Source: an uncultured Planctomycetaceae bacterium
Lineage (GTDB): Bacteria; Planctomycetota; Planctomycetia; Isosphaerales; Isosphaeraceae
Reading direction: 5' to 3'
DNA: 40,000 nucleotides
NCBI GenBank assembly: GCA_963760085.1
Contig: CAVXCB010000007.1
Location: 126,053 to 166,052, forward strand
Both the position numbers and the translations under genes were made by a program. Of the stretch, positions 29,353 through 38,873 are shown piece by piece (position 1 is the first letter of the stretch; each line of letters opens with the position of its first letter). Below the pieces are notes generated by a model, which saw nothing but the letters and a program-made list of their open reading frames with translations, was not told the origin of the DNA and did not search any database.

Positions 29353-31801
29353 TGCGAAAAAGGAATCGGGCGGCGTGGTCACCGAAGAGAGAACGACAGG
29401 TCGAGGCGGGACGAGCTCGCCATCCTTCCTGCTGGGCAAGGCGGGTGGCGGCGGCGTTGCGGTCTGGCGGTTCCTTCCCGAGCAGGTGGCGAACAAAGAA
29501 ATCCTGCATTCTGCGCAGGCCGTACTCACCGCCCATGCCGTGGTTGGCGTTGGGCACGAGCACCAGCTCAAAGTCCTTTCCGGCGCGGATCAAAGCGTCG
29601 GCCAGGCGGAGTGTTGACTCGGGAGGTACGTTCGTGTCCATCTCGCCAACCAGAAGCAAGAGCTTGCCGCGCAGCCTTTGGGCATTATCGATGTTCGAGG
29701 ATTCGGAGTACCAGGGGCCCACTGGGTATCCCATCCACTGCTCGTTCCATGAGGCTTTGTCCATGCGATTATCGTGGCAGCCGCATGCAGAGACTGCCGC
29801 CTTATAGAAATCGGGGTAAAAGAGCACGCCCCGCGGCGTTCTGGCCGCCCGCGGAAACCCCGTAAATGCCCAGGCGAGTGAGGTCATAATAGGGATACTT
29901 CGCCGCCCGGCCTTGTGCCAGAGGATACGGTCGGGGAACCCGGCATCCTTGAGGTTGTGCCAGCAAACGTCGTGGAAGGCCTTCGACCGGTTCGCCGTTC
30001 CCATACCGTCGATTTGAACGACGACGAAGCCCAGGTCGGTGAGCGTAGCGTACCTGTTAAAGGGGCTGAATGTCTTGGGGACGTACGAGCTTTGCGGACC
30101 GGCATAGATCGACTCGATGACGGGGTAACGCTGCGACGGGTCGAGGTTCCTGGGGCGGGCGATGACGCCCCAGATGTCGGTCTTGCCGTCGCGACCTTTG
30201 GCCACGAACACCTCCGGTGGCTTCCAGCCGCCAGCCTTGAGCGCCGAAATGTCGGCCTCCTCGAGCTTGCACACAGCCCTCCATCCGAGCACCGGCGCAG
30301 CTCGTGGACCGGACGCATGTCGACACGGCTGTACGTGTCGATGAGATAAGCTCGGTCTGGTGAGAACTGCACCGAATGGTTGCCGTTGCCCGCGGTCAAG
30401 GCCACGAGGCCGGTGCCGTCGAAGTTGACACGGTATGAATGGAAGAAGTACGGGTCCTGATCCGGGTTTCGACCTCCCGCCCGGAACCAGACCTGGCGTT
30501 TCTCCTCGTCGACCAGGTCGATGCCCCGCACGACGTAGTCTCCCCTTGTAATTGAGTTCTTGAACTCACCCTTCTTCGCATCGATTAGGTAAAGATGACG
30601 CCAGCCATCGCGCTCCGAGGCATAGATGAACTCGTCGGACTTGTCGAGGTAGGTGACGGGCCTCAGGTCGAGGTTCTCGGCGTGCGCGGTCCAGATGAAT
30701 GTCGTGGTCTTCTCGTCGATCAGGTTCCGCGCCTGCCCAGTGTGTGCGTCGATCTCGACCACGCGAAAGCGCTGATGTCCGCGGTCGATCTTTTCGTAGG
30801 TGAAGCGACTGCCGTCCTTGCTCCAGCGCAGATGCGGTTCGTCATAGTCGATGCGATCGACGGTGGGCTTCGTTTGTTTCTTGCCGGCAACGTCGAACAG
30901 GTTCAGTTCGAACGCCGTGAACTTGTCGCCCGGTAAGGGGTAAGGCCTGCGCCCGAAGTCTGGCCCGGCCGCCGCCCGGAGGAGACGATTGGATCAGGTA
31001 AACTTCCTTCCGATCACCGGGCTCGATTCGGAAGGCGGAGAGCGTTTTCGAGTCAGGCGACCAGGAGAGTCGGCCGTAGGCGAGTCCGTCCCTGCCGTCG
31101 GTGCTAAGGCGAATGGATCCGGATTCTGACCCATCCGCAGGCCGGAGGTAAACGTCATGATCCTTGATGAAGGCGTTCCACTTACCGTCGGGCGAGCGGC
31201 GCTCTCCCGGTCGCTGGTCCTCGCCGTCCGGCCCGCCCTGGAGGTACCGACCCCTCGCCTGGGCATTCGCGGGGGCGTCCGCGGGAGCGTCACCGGCCGG
31301 GGCCTTCGAACACTCGTAAGTGACCAGGTCGCAGTTCCAGACAGTATCGCCGATCTTGAAACGCACCGACGTGGCTTGACTGTCGAGGGCGATCAGGTCG
31401 AACGGGAGCTTGTCGGCCGAGACTTCCCGTGCGGCGGCCTTCGCAACCGCGGCAGCGAGCCGCGTATGGTCGAACGCGGCCTCGCGCGTCCCTTTGACGG
31501 CGTCGACGACGATGAACTCACGGGCTCCCGCAGCCAGGTCGTTGCGGTACCAGAAGCGCCTGTTGTCGTCGAACCAGTGGGGTACGATCTCGTCCTTGAA
31601 GACAAGCCCCGGCGCCCGTCTTTCGCCGCGCCGGCCCCGCTGCTGAGGCGCAGTCCACGGTTCGCTCAGAGGGGTCTCTGGACTGGTGCCCGCGTCGCCT
31701 GAGGGCAGAATATCAGGCGCGGCCGCCGGGGTGACAACGTCCACGTGAGAGAAAACGAGAAGTACGCTGAAGATCGGACTGACAAGTCGACATCGTGCCA
31801 T
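29342..31801 (-). CDS. S9-family serine peptidase (DPP IV-like beta-propeller + prolyl-oligopeptidase catalytic domain), four apparent frameshifts
   Basis: The pieces are ORFs 30842..31825, 29884..30762 and 29342..30292. The signal peptide starts at ATG 31801 ([17 protein letters not shown]). The propeller region carries SPDGKW and LSWSPDSK. The catalytic domain carries [11 protein letters not shown], the recovered motif [37 protein letters not shown] and NANHGM. Breaks are at 30949, 30278, 29907 and 29827. Confidence 0.85.
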
Positions 31802-32105
31802 CACCGGACCCTGGGAATTCAACACGGGGTATCCGTCATTCAGAAGACCGAGCCACTTACAAGTGGCCGGTACGCCCGCCCTCGTAGGCTGAGTAGTTCA
31901 GGGATCATCGTAAGAGTGCCGCGCGGGCCGATCAACCTCATGAGGAGCCGTCTGCCCCGACTTCGTGGAGCCTTTGGGCTGGACAAGTGTCTTCCAGGTC
32001 GGACTCCCTCCAAAATAGCTCTCAAATGGCACTTCGATCTGCCGGAATCGGCATTGTTCTTGGTTTCGTCTTTCCGGAACCTACCTCAGAAGGGATAGGT
32101 GACGT

Positions 32106-32887
32106 TCAGGCGACATCTTGTCCGGCCGATGCGAATCCAAGAGCTGCAATCTTCTCGACAAGCTGGGCGTAGAGGTCTGGCACGTGCGGGCAGATCGAGT
32201 CGGGTGCGGGAGTCATCCAGTTCATCTGCGCAGGTGGTCGACCGGCCAGGAGGGCAAGGGAGTGCCGAACGCCTGGGCGGAGGCCACCGAGACCAGGCCG
32301 TCGTTGGGCCCTTCCAGCTCGCTCAAGATGGCGTGCAGCCGCACCAGCGGCCAGGTTATCTCGGCACAGGGCGGATTACCAGCCAGGCTGAAACAGGGGA
32401 TGTCGAGCGGCTGGTTGTGCAGGCGATTAAACCTGCGTGCGGAACGTCGCGTGATGTCGACGAACCCCGGTGGGTCGAGCCCCAAGAGGCCGAGAAGGCG
32501 ATAGACGCGTCCGGCCCGGAGTTTGGCGAAATCGGCCAGATACGTTCCCAGGTGGGGCGTGCCAATCGTGGTCAGGCTGAGTACCCGTTTTCGCCAGAAC
32601 GGCTCCGCCAGCAGTCGCCGGGCGTCCAGGCCTCCCATGCTGTGGCCGATGATGTGAACCGGTTCGTCGGGAAAGACGCGCTGAATGCGGTCACCCAGCC
32701 GACGGGCGCGAAACTCGACCCCGGCGATGGGATGCACACGCGTCACCAGGACACGGTTTCCCGCCGCGCGAAGTACATCCGGAATCCCCCGGAAGTAGGT
32801 CGTGAGGGTCAGCGGCCCCAGGCCGATCCTGGAGAATCCGAACAACCCGTGTGCCAGAACAATCGGGGCCTGGAGGCGCGCAACCAT
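32106..32887 (-). CDS. alpha/beta hydrolase, triacylglycerol-lipase-like, one apparent frameshift
   Basis: ORF 32222..32956 has PIVLAHGLFGF and the nucleophile elbow IIGHSMGG. The tail DHLRQMNW... continues to the stop at 32108..32106 if one C is restored at 32228. ATG 32887 is preferred; 32956 is the alternative. Confidence 0.75.
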
Positions 32888-33049
32888 GGCAAGTAGCGAT
32901 TCGCGGAGATGACACGATGCCGCGGTAACCAGTGGGCTGTCCTGGTGTGCTATCATGAGTCCGGATCCCGACGATCGGACACCTTACAGGTAATATGGAC
33001 TACCCGGCGTCGCGATGCGTCGCGGACGATGGGGAGGAAGGTTGGGATC

Positions 33050-33328
33050 ATGCAGGTTCGGGGGATCGTGCAGCGGGCCGAGCTGGTGGAGAATCCTCCC
33101 GGGAGCGATCGGATCGAAATGGTCCTCTGGGGGCAGGGCGTCGGGCCCAACAAACCGCGAAGCATTGTCGTGCCGTACGAGCTTCTCTTGCGAGACCCGT
33201 CACTCGACCCTGAGCAAGTTCAGGGACATGGTTTCGAGGCCCAAATCGAACAGGATGACGACCTCCGTTGGGTCGTGATCGAGATCGGGTTTGCCACAGG
33301 CAGGGTGTTGCGATCGGCCGAGGAATGA
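33050..33328 (+). CDS. small hypothetical protein (92 aa)
   Basis: ATG 33050 is preceded by GGGAGGAAGG. The sequence MQVRGIVQRAELVENPPGSDRIEMVLWGQGVG... is protein-like. The longer track ORF 32909..33328 overlaps the lipase-like gene. No family recognised. Confidence 0.5.
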   Translation: MQVRGIVQRAELVENPPGSDRIEMVLWGQGVGPNKPRSIVVPYELLLRDPSLDPEQVQGHGFEAQIEQDDDLRWVVIEIGFATGRVLRSAEE

Positions 33329-33334
33329 AGCTAC

Positions 33335-34498
33335 TCAGGCCGGCCAGCGCCCGTCGACCATCTCCCGGTACAGATCGACGTAGCGATCGACGACCGCAGC
33401 AAGCGAGAATTGTTCGTCGATGCGGCGGCGTGCACCGGCTCCCAGGCGAGTCGCTTCCTCTGGGTTTCTCAGCAGCTCGAGGAGGGTCGAGGCCCAGGCC
33501 TGGGGCGTCGCGTCTGGCACCAGCCGCCCGGTCACGTGATCGGCGATCAGATCGGAATTGCCGCCGATGCCGGAGACCACGCAGGGCAGCGCGGTGGCCA
33601 TCGCCTCCAGGAGCGAGTTGCTCATCCCTTCGGCCCTGCTGGGCAAAACGAAGACGTCCGCAGCGCGGAGGTGATCGGCCGGGTCGGCCACGGCGGCCAT
33701 GAATTGAACGCGGTCGCTGATGCCGAGGTCGGTGGCAAGCTTGGCAAGGTCTTCCCGGTCGCTTCCCGGTCCCACGAGGACGAGGTTGGCGGAAGATTGC
33801 CGCGCCACGTCCCGCCAGGACTCGAGCAGCAGCGGCAGGTTTTTTTGCGGGTGCAGCCGGCCCGTGAAAATCACTCGCGGGCGGGGCAGCAGGGAAGGCT
33901 CGAGCGAACTGGCGCCGGGGTGAAAGTGAGCCGTATCCACTCCGCTAGCCATGCGGGCAATCCGGCCCTTGGGAAAGCCCAGCGCCAGCCACTGGCTTTC
34001 GATGTCGGCGGAGATTGCCGCCAGGCCAGTGTTCCGCAGGATGATGCGGCGCAGCCAGGCAGACCCGCGAGTGCGGCACAGCTCGTCTGCCTCGCCATAA
34101 TAGCCCGAACTCGCCGGCTGCACCAGGGTCGGAATTGCCGGCAAGGCCGACCGCGCCAGGCCGGCGGCCACCGCCTCCCAGAGTGCCTGGTGGGTATGGA
34201 TCACATCAATCTGGCCGCGCAGCCGGCGGAGGGCCCGCACGACCGACCAGACGAAGCTCAGCGCGAAGAGAGGGCCGCGATCGAAGGTGTGGACGCAACG
34301 ATGGATGAAGATGCCTTGGTAGTTCTCTTCGTCGATCGGGTAACCCGGCACGCAGCGCGTGACAACGTGCACGACATGGCCGCGGCGCACGAGTTCGACC
34401 GCCTGGGCCAGCGCCTGGCGTTCGGCCCCGCTGGCAAACGGATGAAAGTAACTGACCAGGAAGCACACCCGCAGCGGCTGCCGCACCAAGTGGGACAT
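33335..34498 (-). CDS. GT4-family (GT-B) glycosyltransferase
   Basis: This is the C-terminal 387 codons of ORF 33335..34753, from ATG 34498 (MSHLVRQPLRVCFLVSYFHPFASGAERQ). The typical GT4 C-terminal block is VFVLPSRAEGMSNSLLEAMATALPCVVSGIGGNSDLI. Intact. Confidence 0.85.
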   Translation of the reverse strand: MSHLVRQPLRVCFLVSYFHPFASGAERQALAQAVELVRRGHVVHVVTRCVPGYPIDEENYQGIFIHRCVHTFDRGPLFALSFVWSVVRALRRLRGQIDVIHTHQALWEAVAAGLARSALPAIPTLVQPASSGYYGEADELCRTRGSAWLRRIILRNTGLAAISADIESQWLALGFPKGRIARMASGVDTAHFHPGASSLEPSLLPRPRVIFTGRLHPQKNLPLLLESWRDVARQSSANLVLVGPGSDREDLAKLATDLGISDRVQFMAAVADPADHLRAADVFVLPSRAEGMSNSLLEAMATALPCVVSGIGGNSDLIADHVTGRLVPDATPQAWASTLLELLRNPEEATRLGAGARRRIDEQFSLAAVVDRYVDLYREMVDGRWPA

Positions 34499-34523
34499 GT
34501 GACTTCCGGACCGCGGCCGCGGG

Positions 34524-34793
34524 TCAGAGATCGGGCTCGTGAACGTTCTTGAGGTTCTTGAAATGGGGATAATGAGCAAGGATCTCGCGAGCGACCCTGG
34601 CCTGGGAACTGGGGACGAAGATGACGTGCCCAGACTCGAAGGGGAGGCCGCCAAAGATGGGTGTGGCGTCCGAGGCGTCGCTGCGGGCGTAAATGTCTTC
34701 CTCGCGCAGGAGGTTGACCACCAGCGCGGCCTCGACCTCGTTGGAAACCTCACAGAGCCGGATTTCGGGGATTTTTTCCGCCATTTCTTCCAT
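34524..34793 (-). CDS. DUF2007-like small protein (putative signal-transducing-protein fold)
   Basis: ATG 34793 has GGAGG 6-7 nt upstream. The pattern LCEVSNEVEAALVVNLLREEDIYA...VIFVPSSQARVAREIL matches DUF2007. Confidence 0.6.
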   Translation of the reverse strand: MEEMAEKIPEIRLCEVSNEVEAALVVNLLREEDIYARSDASDATPIFGGLPFESGHVIFVPSSQARVAREILAHYPHFKNLKNVHEPDL

Positions 34794-34881
34794 GCTTTGC
34801 CTCCTCACCTCGACATTAAATTTAGGAGCGTGACCACACGCGAGGAGAACAACAGTTGGCGTGCGGGCAATGGGCGGGGCG

Positions 34882-34946
34882 GCGGACCCTCAAGGAAGCA
34901 GCTCAATACCTCAAGCCTACAATTAGGCTGTGACTAAGCCCTAGCG
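34882..34946. repeat. copy A of a ~63-nt dispersed intergenic repeat (core AGGCTGTGAC)
   Basis: GCGGACCCTCAAGGAAGCAGCTCAATACCTCAAGCCTACAATTAGGCTGTGACTAAGCCCTAGCG aligns with 39184..39246 at roughly three quarters identity by eye, with a 3-nt indel. The terminal CTA is the stop codon of the minus-strand gene 34941..36207. Confidence 0.6.
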
Positions 34947-36207
34947 GGTGATCACCAGACTGGGGATGTCGCGCCCGATGTCGTCGCTGATCAGGCCGTT
35001 GCTGACGGTGATCTGACTGACGGTATAAGTCCGTCCACTGGGCATGGCGACGTTGACAGTCCAGTCGCCATCAGGGACCTTGACGGCGAAGCGGCCAAAG
35101 GCGTCGGTGAGCGCCACGCGATCCGTGTAGGAATTCGTGCGGTTGGAGATGGTGACCCGAACGCCTTCCTCAGGCTCGTTGGTGTCGCGGGCCTTGACCC
35201 TGCCGAAGAGCACGTTGCGGTACTCAGATCGCAGGACGCGAGTCGTCGCGAAGGCGGGCCTTCGAGTCGTGCGTCGTTCCCCACCCGAGGTCTCCCCGGT
35301 TGTCTCATCCCCCGGGGCGGGTGCACGCTGCAAGTCATCGACGCCGGCGGGAGCCGTGGGGCGGTCCACGCCATCGGGCGCAGGGCGCCGGTGGCGGAAC
35401 CCTTGGAATGGCGCTCTTGGTCTGCGTGCCGCCGGAGGGTGATCCCGCTGAGGTTGAGGCCGGCTTGGTCTGTGTGCCAGCCGAGCCGGCGGGCTGAGCC
35501 GTTGACTGCTCCGCGTCGGCAGCGGCGGAGTCGGGGGCGAGTCCAGCCGCCCCGCGCCCGTGGCATCCGGCCTGGCTGCCGGCTCACGCGCGGGAAGCTC
35601 TGGCACGTTCGAGTCAGTCGAATCGTCCTCGGCCGGCTGGCTGCGTAATGGCGCTTGCCGGGCCCTCGTATTGCTCGCGGAGCCGGCGGGCCGGCGTCTG
35701 CTCGACCGCATATTGTCGAATTTCGGGCGTGACGGCGGCGATCATCTGGCCGCCACAGCAGTCACTCGAGGCGGTCGTGGTGTAGCCCGTGGATACGAAG
35801 GCAGTATCCAGAACCGGAATCGAAGAGAACGTGGTCGGATAGTAGTAGGTCGTCGGGTAGTATGCCGTGGTCGGCAAATAAACAGCCCGCGACGACGCGA
35901 CCAGACGCCGGCCGAAGAGGCCCCTCCGCCGGAATCGCGTCTCGTAGTAGGTGGGAGCCACGTAAGTCGTCGGCGTCAGCAAGGCCGACTCGGTGACGTA
36001 AGCCGTGGTGTAAAGCGACGGAATCGCGTACGAGGTGGGCACTGCATAGGTGCCCGCCACAACGTAGGCCGTGGGCAGTGCCAGCACGCTTGCCGTGGGT
36101 ACCCAGTCGGCGGTTTCCAGATAGAGGACCTGAGCCCGGCCGGGCAAGGTGCCCGATGCCAGCGCCAGTACCGCCAGGATCGGCAATCGCAAGCCAATCA
36201 ACCGCAT
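34941..36207 (-). CDS. secreted Tyr/Thr-rich low-complexity protein with C-terminal carboxypeptidase-regulatory-like domain, one apparent frameshift
   Basis: ATG 36207 has AAGGAG 7 nt upstream and gives the signal peptide MRLIGLRLPILAVLALASGTLPGRAQ. A run of P-T-x-Y type repeats follows (PTAYVVAGTYAVPTSYAIPSLYTTAYV...PTTAYYPTTYYYPTTF). ORF 35614..36207 joins ORF 34941..35711 near 35634. The C-terminus GRVKARD...GVRVTISN...TDAFGRFAVKVPDGDWTVNV is CarboxypepD_reg-like. Confidence 0.65.
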
Positions 36208-36437
36208 GGTGGAACTCCTTCAAGTGCGATTGCGGATCCCGGTCGGGAAGCTCTGCGTCATGCGTGGGACCCGCCTTCTGGTACGATACCAGAACGTTTC
36301 GTGCCAACCAAGGTCCCGCGCGAGGACTTGCGGATTTCCACTTGAGCTTGTACGCGTTGGTCAAAGTGCGATGATCGTGACGAATGTGAGGCTCGAGGTG
36401 CTGAACGAATCATAATCAGAAAAGTCTGACGAGATTC

Positions 36438-36466
36438 TTGACTCCCCGCACTCGTACGCCTATATT
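36438..36466 (+). promoter_or_regulatory. near-consensus sigma70-type promoter candidate (TTGACT-17 nt-TATATT)
   Basis: TTGACT at 36438-36443, an exactly 17-nt spacer, and TATATT at 36461-36466. It sits in an AT-richer noncoding stretch, and the next credible ATG on this strand is about 480 nt downstream (36949). Confidence 0.35.
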
Positions 36467-36948
36467 AATTGATCAGTGCCCTACTGGGTTCACGATCGTT
36501 ATTACCTCCCCGTGTGCTCGATCGAGGAATCCAATTGGGCGATAAGGGCCTGACTGTACAAAGCAACAGTCAATGCTGCCCCACTCACGCCTCTCCTGCC
36601 TACGGTTCTCAGCGGAGTCACTCCTCCTAAATTTGCTTCGAGTTGCAGAACTCAACACATAGAAGCTTCCTCTCGAACCGATGTGTGCTGAATTGGTGTT
36701 GCGAAAGCGATTGGTTTTCAACGTATTCCTTGGTACATACACTGAAGATTGTCGCCTAATATGCACAGGATAAGACCGATCGCGTGGACGGGTTCGATTC
36801 TTGGGAAGGCCATGAGTCAATTTGGTCAGCGGTAATCATCGTCAGTCCGGGGGATTACCGGACTCGCGGGAAGCCACAATCGTGCCGCATGTCGACAATG
36901 GTCGTCGGCCGGCGTGAAATTCAAAACCGCATCAGAAAGCTGCTCTTC

Positions 36949-37206
36949 ATGAGTCAACGTCTTGCACCTAGGGCCGGCTCCAATAAAGTGCTGGCCTCGC
37001 TTGCGGTCGCCTCGGGATTGTTGTTCTGGGGCTGCTCGGGTGAAGCCGAGCGATCCGATGCCGCCAATAATCAGAAGAAGCAAGTCGCGGAGACCGAGTC
37101 CAAGCTGCTCAAGCAGAAAGGCGGCAAGGGTGCCCGGAAAGGTTTCGGTGCGCCAAGAGCATCAAGGGCATGCTCGGTAACCTGGAAAAACAGCAAGAGT
37201 CAATGA
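36949..37206 (+). CDS. small putative lipoprotein
   Basis: ATG 36949 lies within ORF 36784..37206. The sequence MSQRLAPRAGSNKVLASLAVASGLLFWGCSGE has a lipobox-like LFWGC. The tail may instead continue in another frame ([22 protein letters not shown], stop 37221..37223) if one A is missing near 37150. It lies directly upstream of the DUF1559 gene. Confidence 0.45.
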   Translation: MSQRLAPRAGSNKVLASLAVASGLLFWGCSGEAERSDAANNQKKQVAETESKLLKQKGGKGARKGFGAPRASRACSVTWKNSKSQ

Positions 37207-37276
37207 GTCTGATTGAATCTTAATTCGTCGTTCGCCAATGCGAGACCTATTTCGGCTTTTTCAGAAGGAAAACCAC

Positions 37277-38395
37277 ATGAGGCAAACCCGGATCAGTCGT
37301 TTCAGCCGCGGATTCACATTGATCGAGTTGCTCGTCGTCATCGCCATCATCGCCGTCCTGATCTCGCTCTTGCTGCCGGCCGTTCAATCGGCCCGGGAAG
37401 CTGCCCGACGTGCTCAGTGCATTAACAACCTCAAGCAGCTTGCACTGGCAGCGCACAACTACATCCGCGCCAATAACGTTTTCCCCCAGGGCATTCAGTT
37501 CCAGGCGAATCCTGAAGCGGCGCTCCAATGCTACACTAGCGGCAGTTGGCTGGCCTCGATGTCGCAGTATTTCGAGCAAGGCAACGTCTTCAATTCGATT
37601 AACTTCAATGTAAACATGTACACCGCTCAGAACACCACGGTGTCCGGAGTCGGGCAGTCCATACTGTGGTGCCCGAGCGACCCGGTCATGAGCGGTTTGA
37701 CGTTCACCTACGCTGCGGGGACTGTTTGTTCCACCGCTCTGCCGATGTACTACACCTCCTACGGCGCCTGCACCGGCGACATCATGGAGTATTACAATCC
37801 AGCCTGGACCGCGGGGCCCGGCCAGTGCCAGTTGCCCGCCTCCGGGCCGAACTTGCAGAATAACGGCGTGATCTACGTCCTCAGCAAAGTTTCGATCGCC
37901 GGTGTACCCGACGGCACGAGTAACACGATGTTCGCATCGGAGCGACCCCACGGACGTTTCCCGGGTAACGCAATCGGCACGGACATGGCTTGCTGGAACT
38001 GGTGGACGTCGGGCAACTATGGCGATACGATGTACACCACTTATTATCCAATGAACCCGACTAACAAGATCGTCGACTGGTGCTGCCAGGATGGCAGTTC
38101 TGACGCCCTCGTCTCCTCTGCAGGCAGCTTCCATCCCGGCGGTGCCAACTTCGCGTTCTGCGATGGTTCGGTCAAGTTTCTCAAGGACTCGATCGATAGC
38201 TGGCAGATCCAGGGTGGAAGCGGAACAACGACGGGTCTTTACAACGGAGTGCTCAGCGGCGGCGGCTATCCCGTCGGCGTGACTCGTGACGGCACGACGT
38301 ACAACTTCATCTTCACTCCGGGCATGAAGGTCGGCGTCTACCAGGCCTTGTCTACGCGTAATGGCGGCGAGGTCATCAGCGCCGATCAGTATTGA
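37277..38395 (+). CDS. DUF1559 protein with prepilin-type N-terminal cleavage/methylation motif
   Basis: ORF 37238..38395, with ATG 37277 after [44 protein letters not shown] is the type IV pilin-like N-terminus. The C-terminal [19 protein letters not shown] is the DUF1559 signature. Intact. Confidence 0.9.
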   Translation: MRQTRISRFSRGFTLIELLVVIAIIAVLISLLLPAVQSAREAARRAQCINNLKQLALAAHNYIRANNVFPQGIQFQANPEAALQCYTSGSWLASMSQYFEQGNVFNSINFNVNMYTAQNTTVSGVGQSILWCPSDPVMSGLTFTYAAGTVCSTALPMYYTSYGACTGDIMEYYNPAWTAGPGQCQLPASGPNLQNNGVIYVLSKVSIAGVPDGTSNTMFASERPHGRFPGNAIGTDMACWNWWTSGNYGDTMYTTYYPMNPTNKIVDWCCQDGSSDALVSSAGSFHPGGANFAFCDGSVKFLKDSIDSWQIQGGSGTTTGLYNGVLSGGGYPVGVTRDGTTYNFIFTPGMKVGVYQALSTRNGGEVISADQY

Positions 38396-38426
38396 GCGGC
38401 TGTCGTTACCGAAGATCAATCAGCGA

Positions 38427-38460
38427 AGAGCCACGGTTTACCGTGGCTCTTTCTGGTTTC
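38427..38460 (+). terminator. rho-independent terminator candidate after the DUF1559 gene
   Basis: A perfect 10-bp stem, AGAGCCACGG (38427-38436) pairing with CCGTGGCTCT (38441-38450), has loop TTTA and is followed by the T-rich TTCTGGTTTC. It lies 32 nt after the stop codon. Confidence 0.6.
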
Positions 38461-38873
38461 GAAACACTTCCTATCACCTACTTGCCGTTCACTTCAGGCA
38501 CCACCACATCTCTGAGGGAAGAGGGGATTCATTGCGAAGACGCGAAAGAGCGTCAAGAAAGTCAACGAACCCTTTCATATCCCATTGACCATGCACTTCA
38601 CGCCTTCGTTGATCAGAGGAACATTCCAGCGCGTAATCCATTGCGTCTTCCCTTCGCGTCCGTTGCGCCCGTCGCGGTGAGAAAGTGAAACGACTCGATC
38701 TCTGGAGGGCGAAGTCGTTGACCCGGACACGCACCGGCTCTCCGGCAGGCAGAAGCCCAGTGGGGAAATTGCATCTCGTTTTGCCATGTGGGATAATAAC
38801 CGCGCGTTTTCCAGCGAATTTCGATTCGCGGCGGAGAACCAGAATGCTGATCGCCCGTGGAGGACGACGGACC

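Noticed and set aside
29400-29480. Possible fusion of the S9 peptidase to the HExxH protein through a Pro-rich linker ([21 protein letters not shown] in an alternative frame)
   Set aside because: The S9 frame reaches a normal C-terminus and stop at 29342. The Pro-rich reading requires an extra unsupported frameshift. An ATG at 29352 gives the downstream gene its own start.
33410-34552. 380-aa plus-strand ORF. Similar long ORFs occur at 120..836, 1540..2310, 10236..10913, 15578..16426, 20393..21244 and 35560..36345.
   Set aside because: All are antisense or out of frame relative to genes with solid family signatures, and have low-complexity Arg/Gly/Pro/Ala composition.
36786-36804. GGGTTCGATTCT, a tRNA T-loop-like motif suggesting a tRNA gene or tRNA-derived att site
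   Set aside because: The flanking bases give only a weak T-stem (two G-U pairs and a mismatch). No matching acceptor, D or anticodon arms were found within 90 nt on either side.
37247-38419. 390-aa minus-strand ORF
   Set aside because: It is antisense to the intact DUF1559 gene, has no recognisable motif, and spans the plus-strand terminator.
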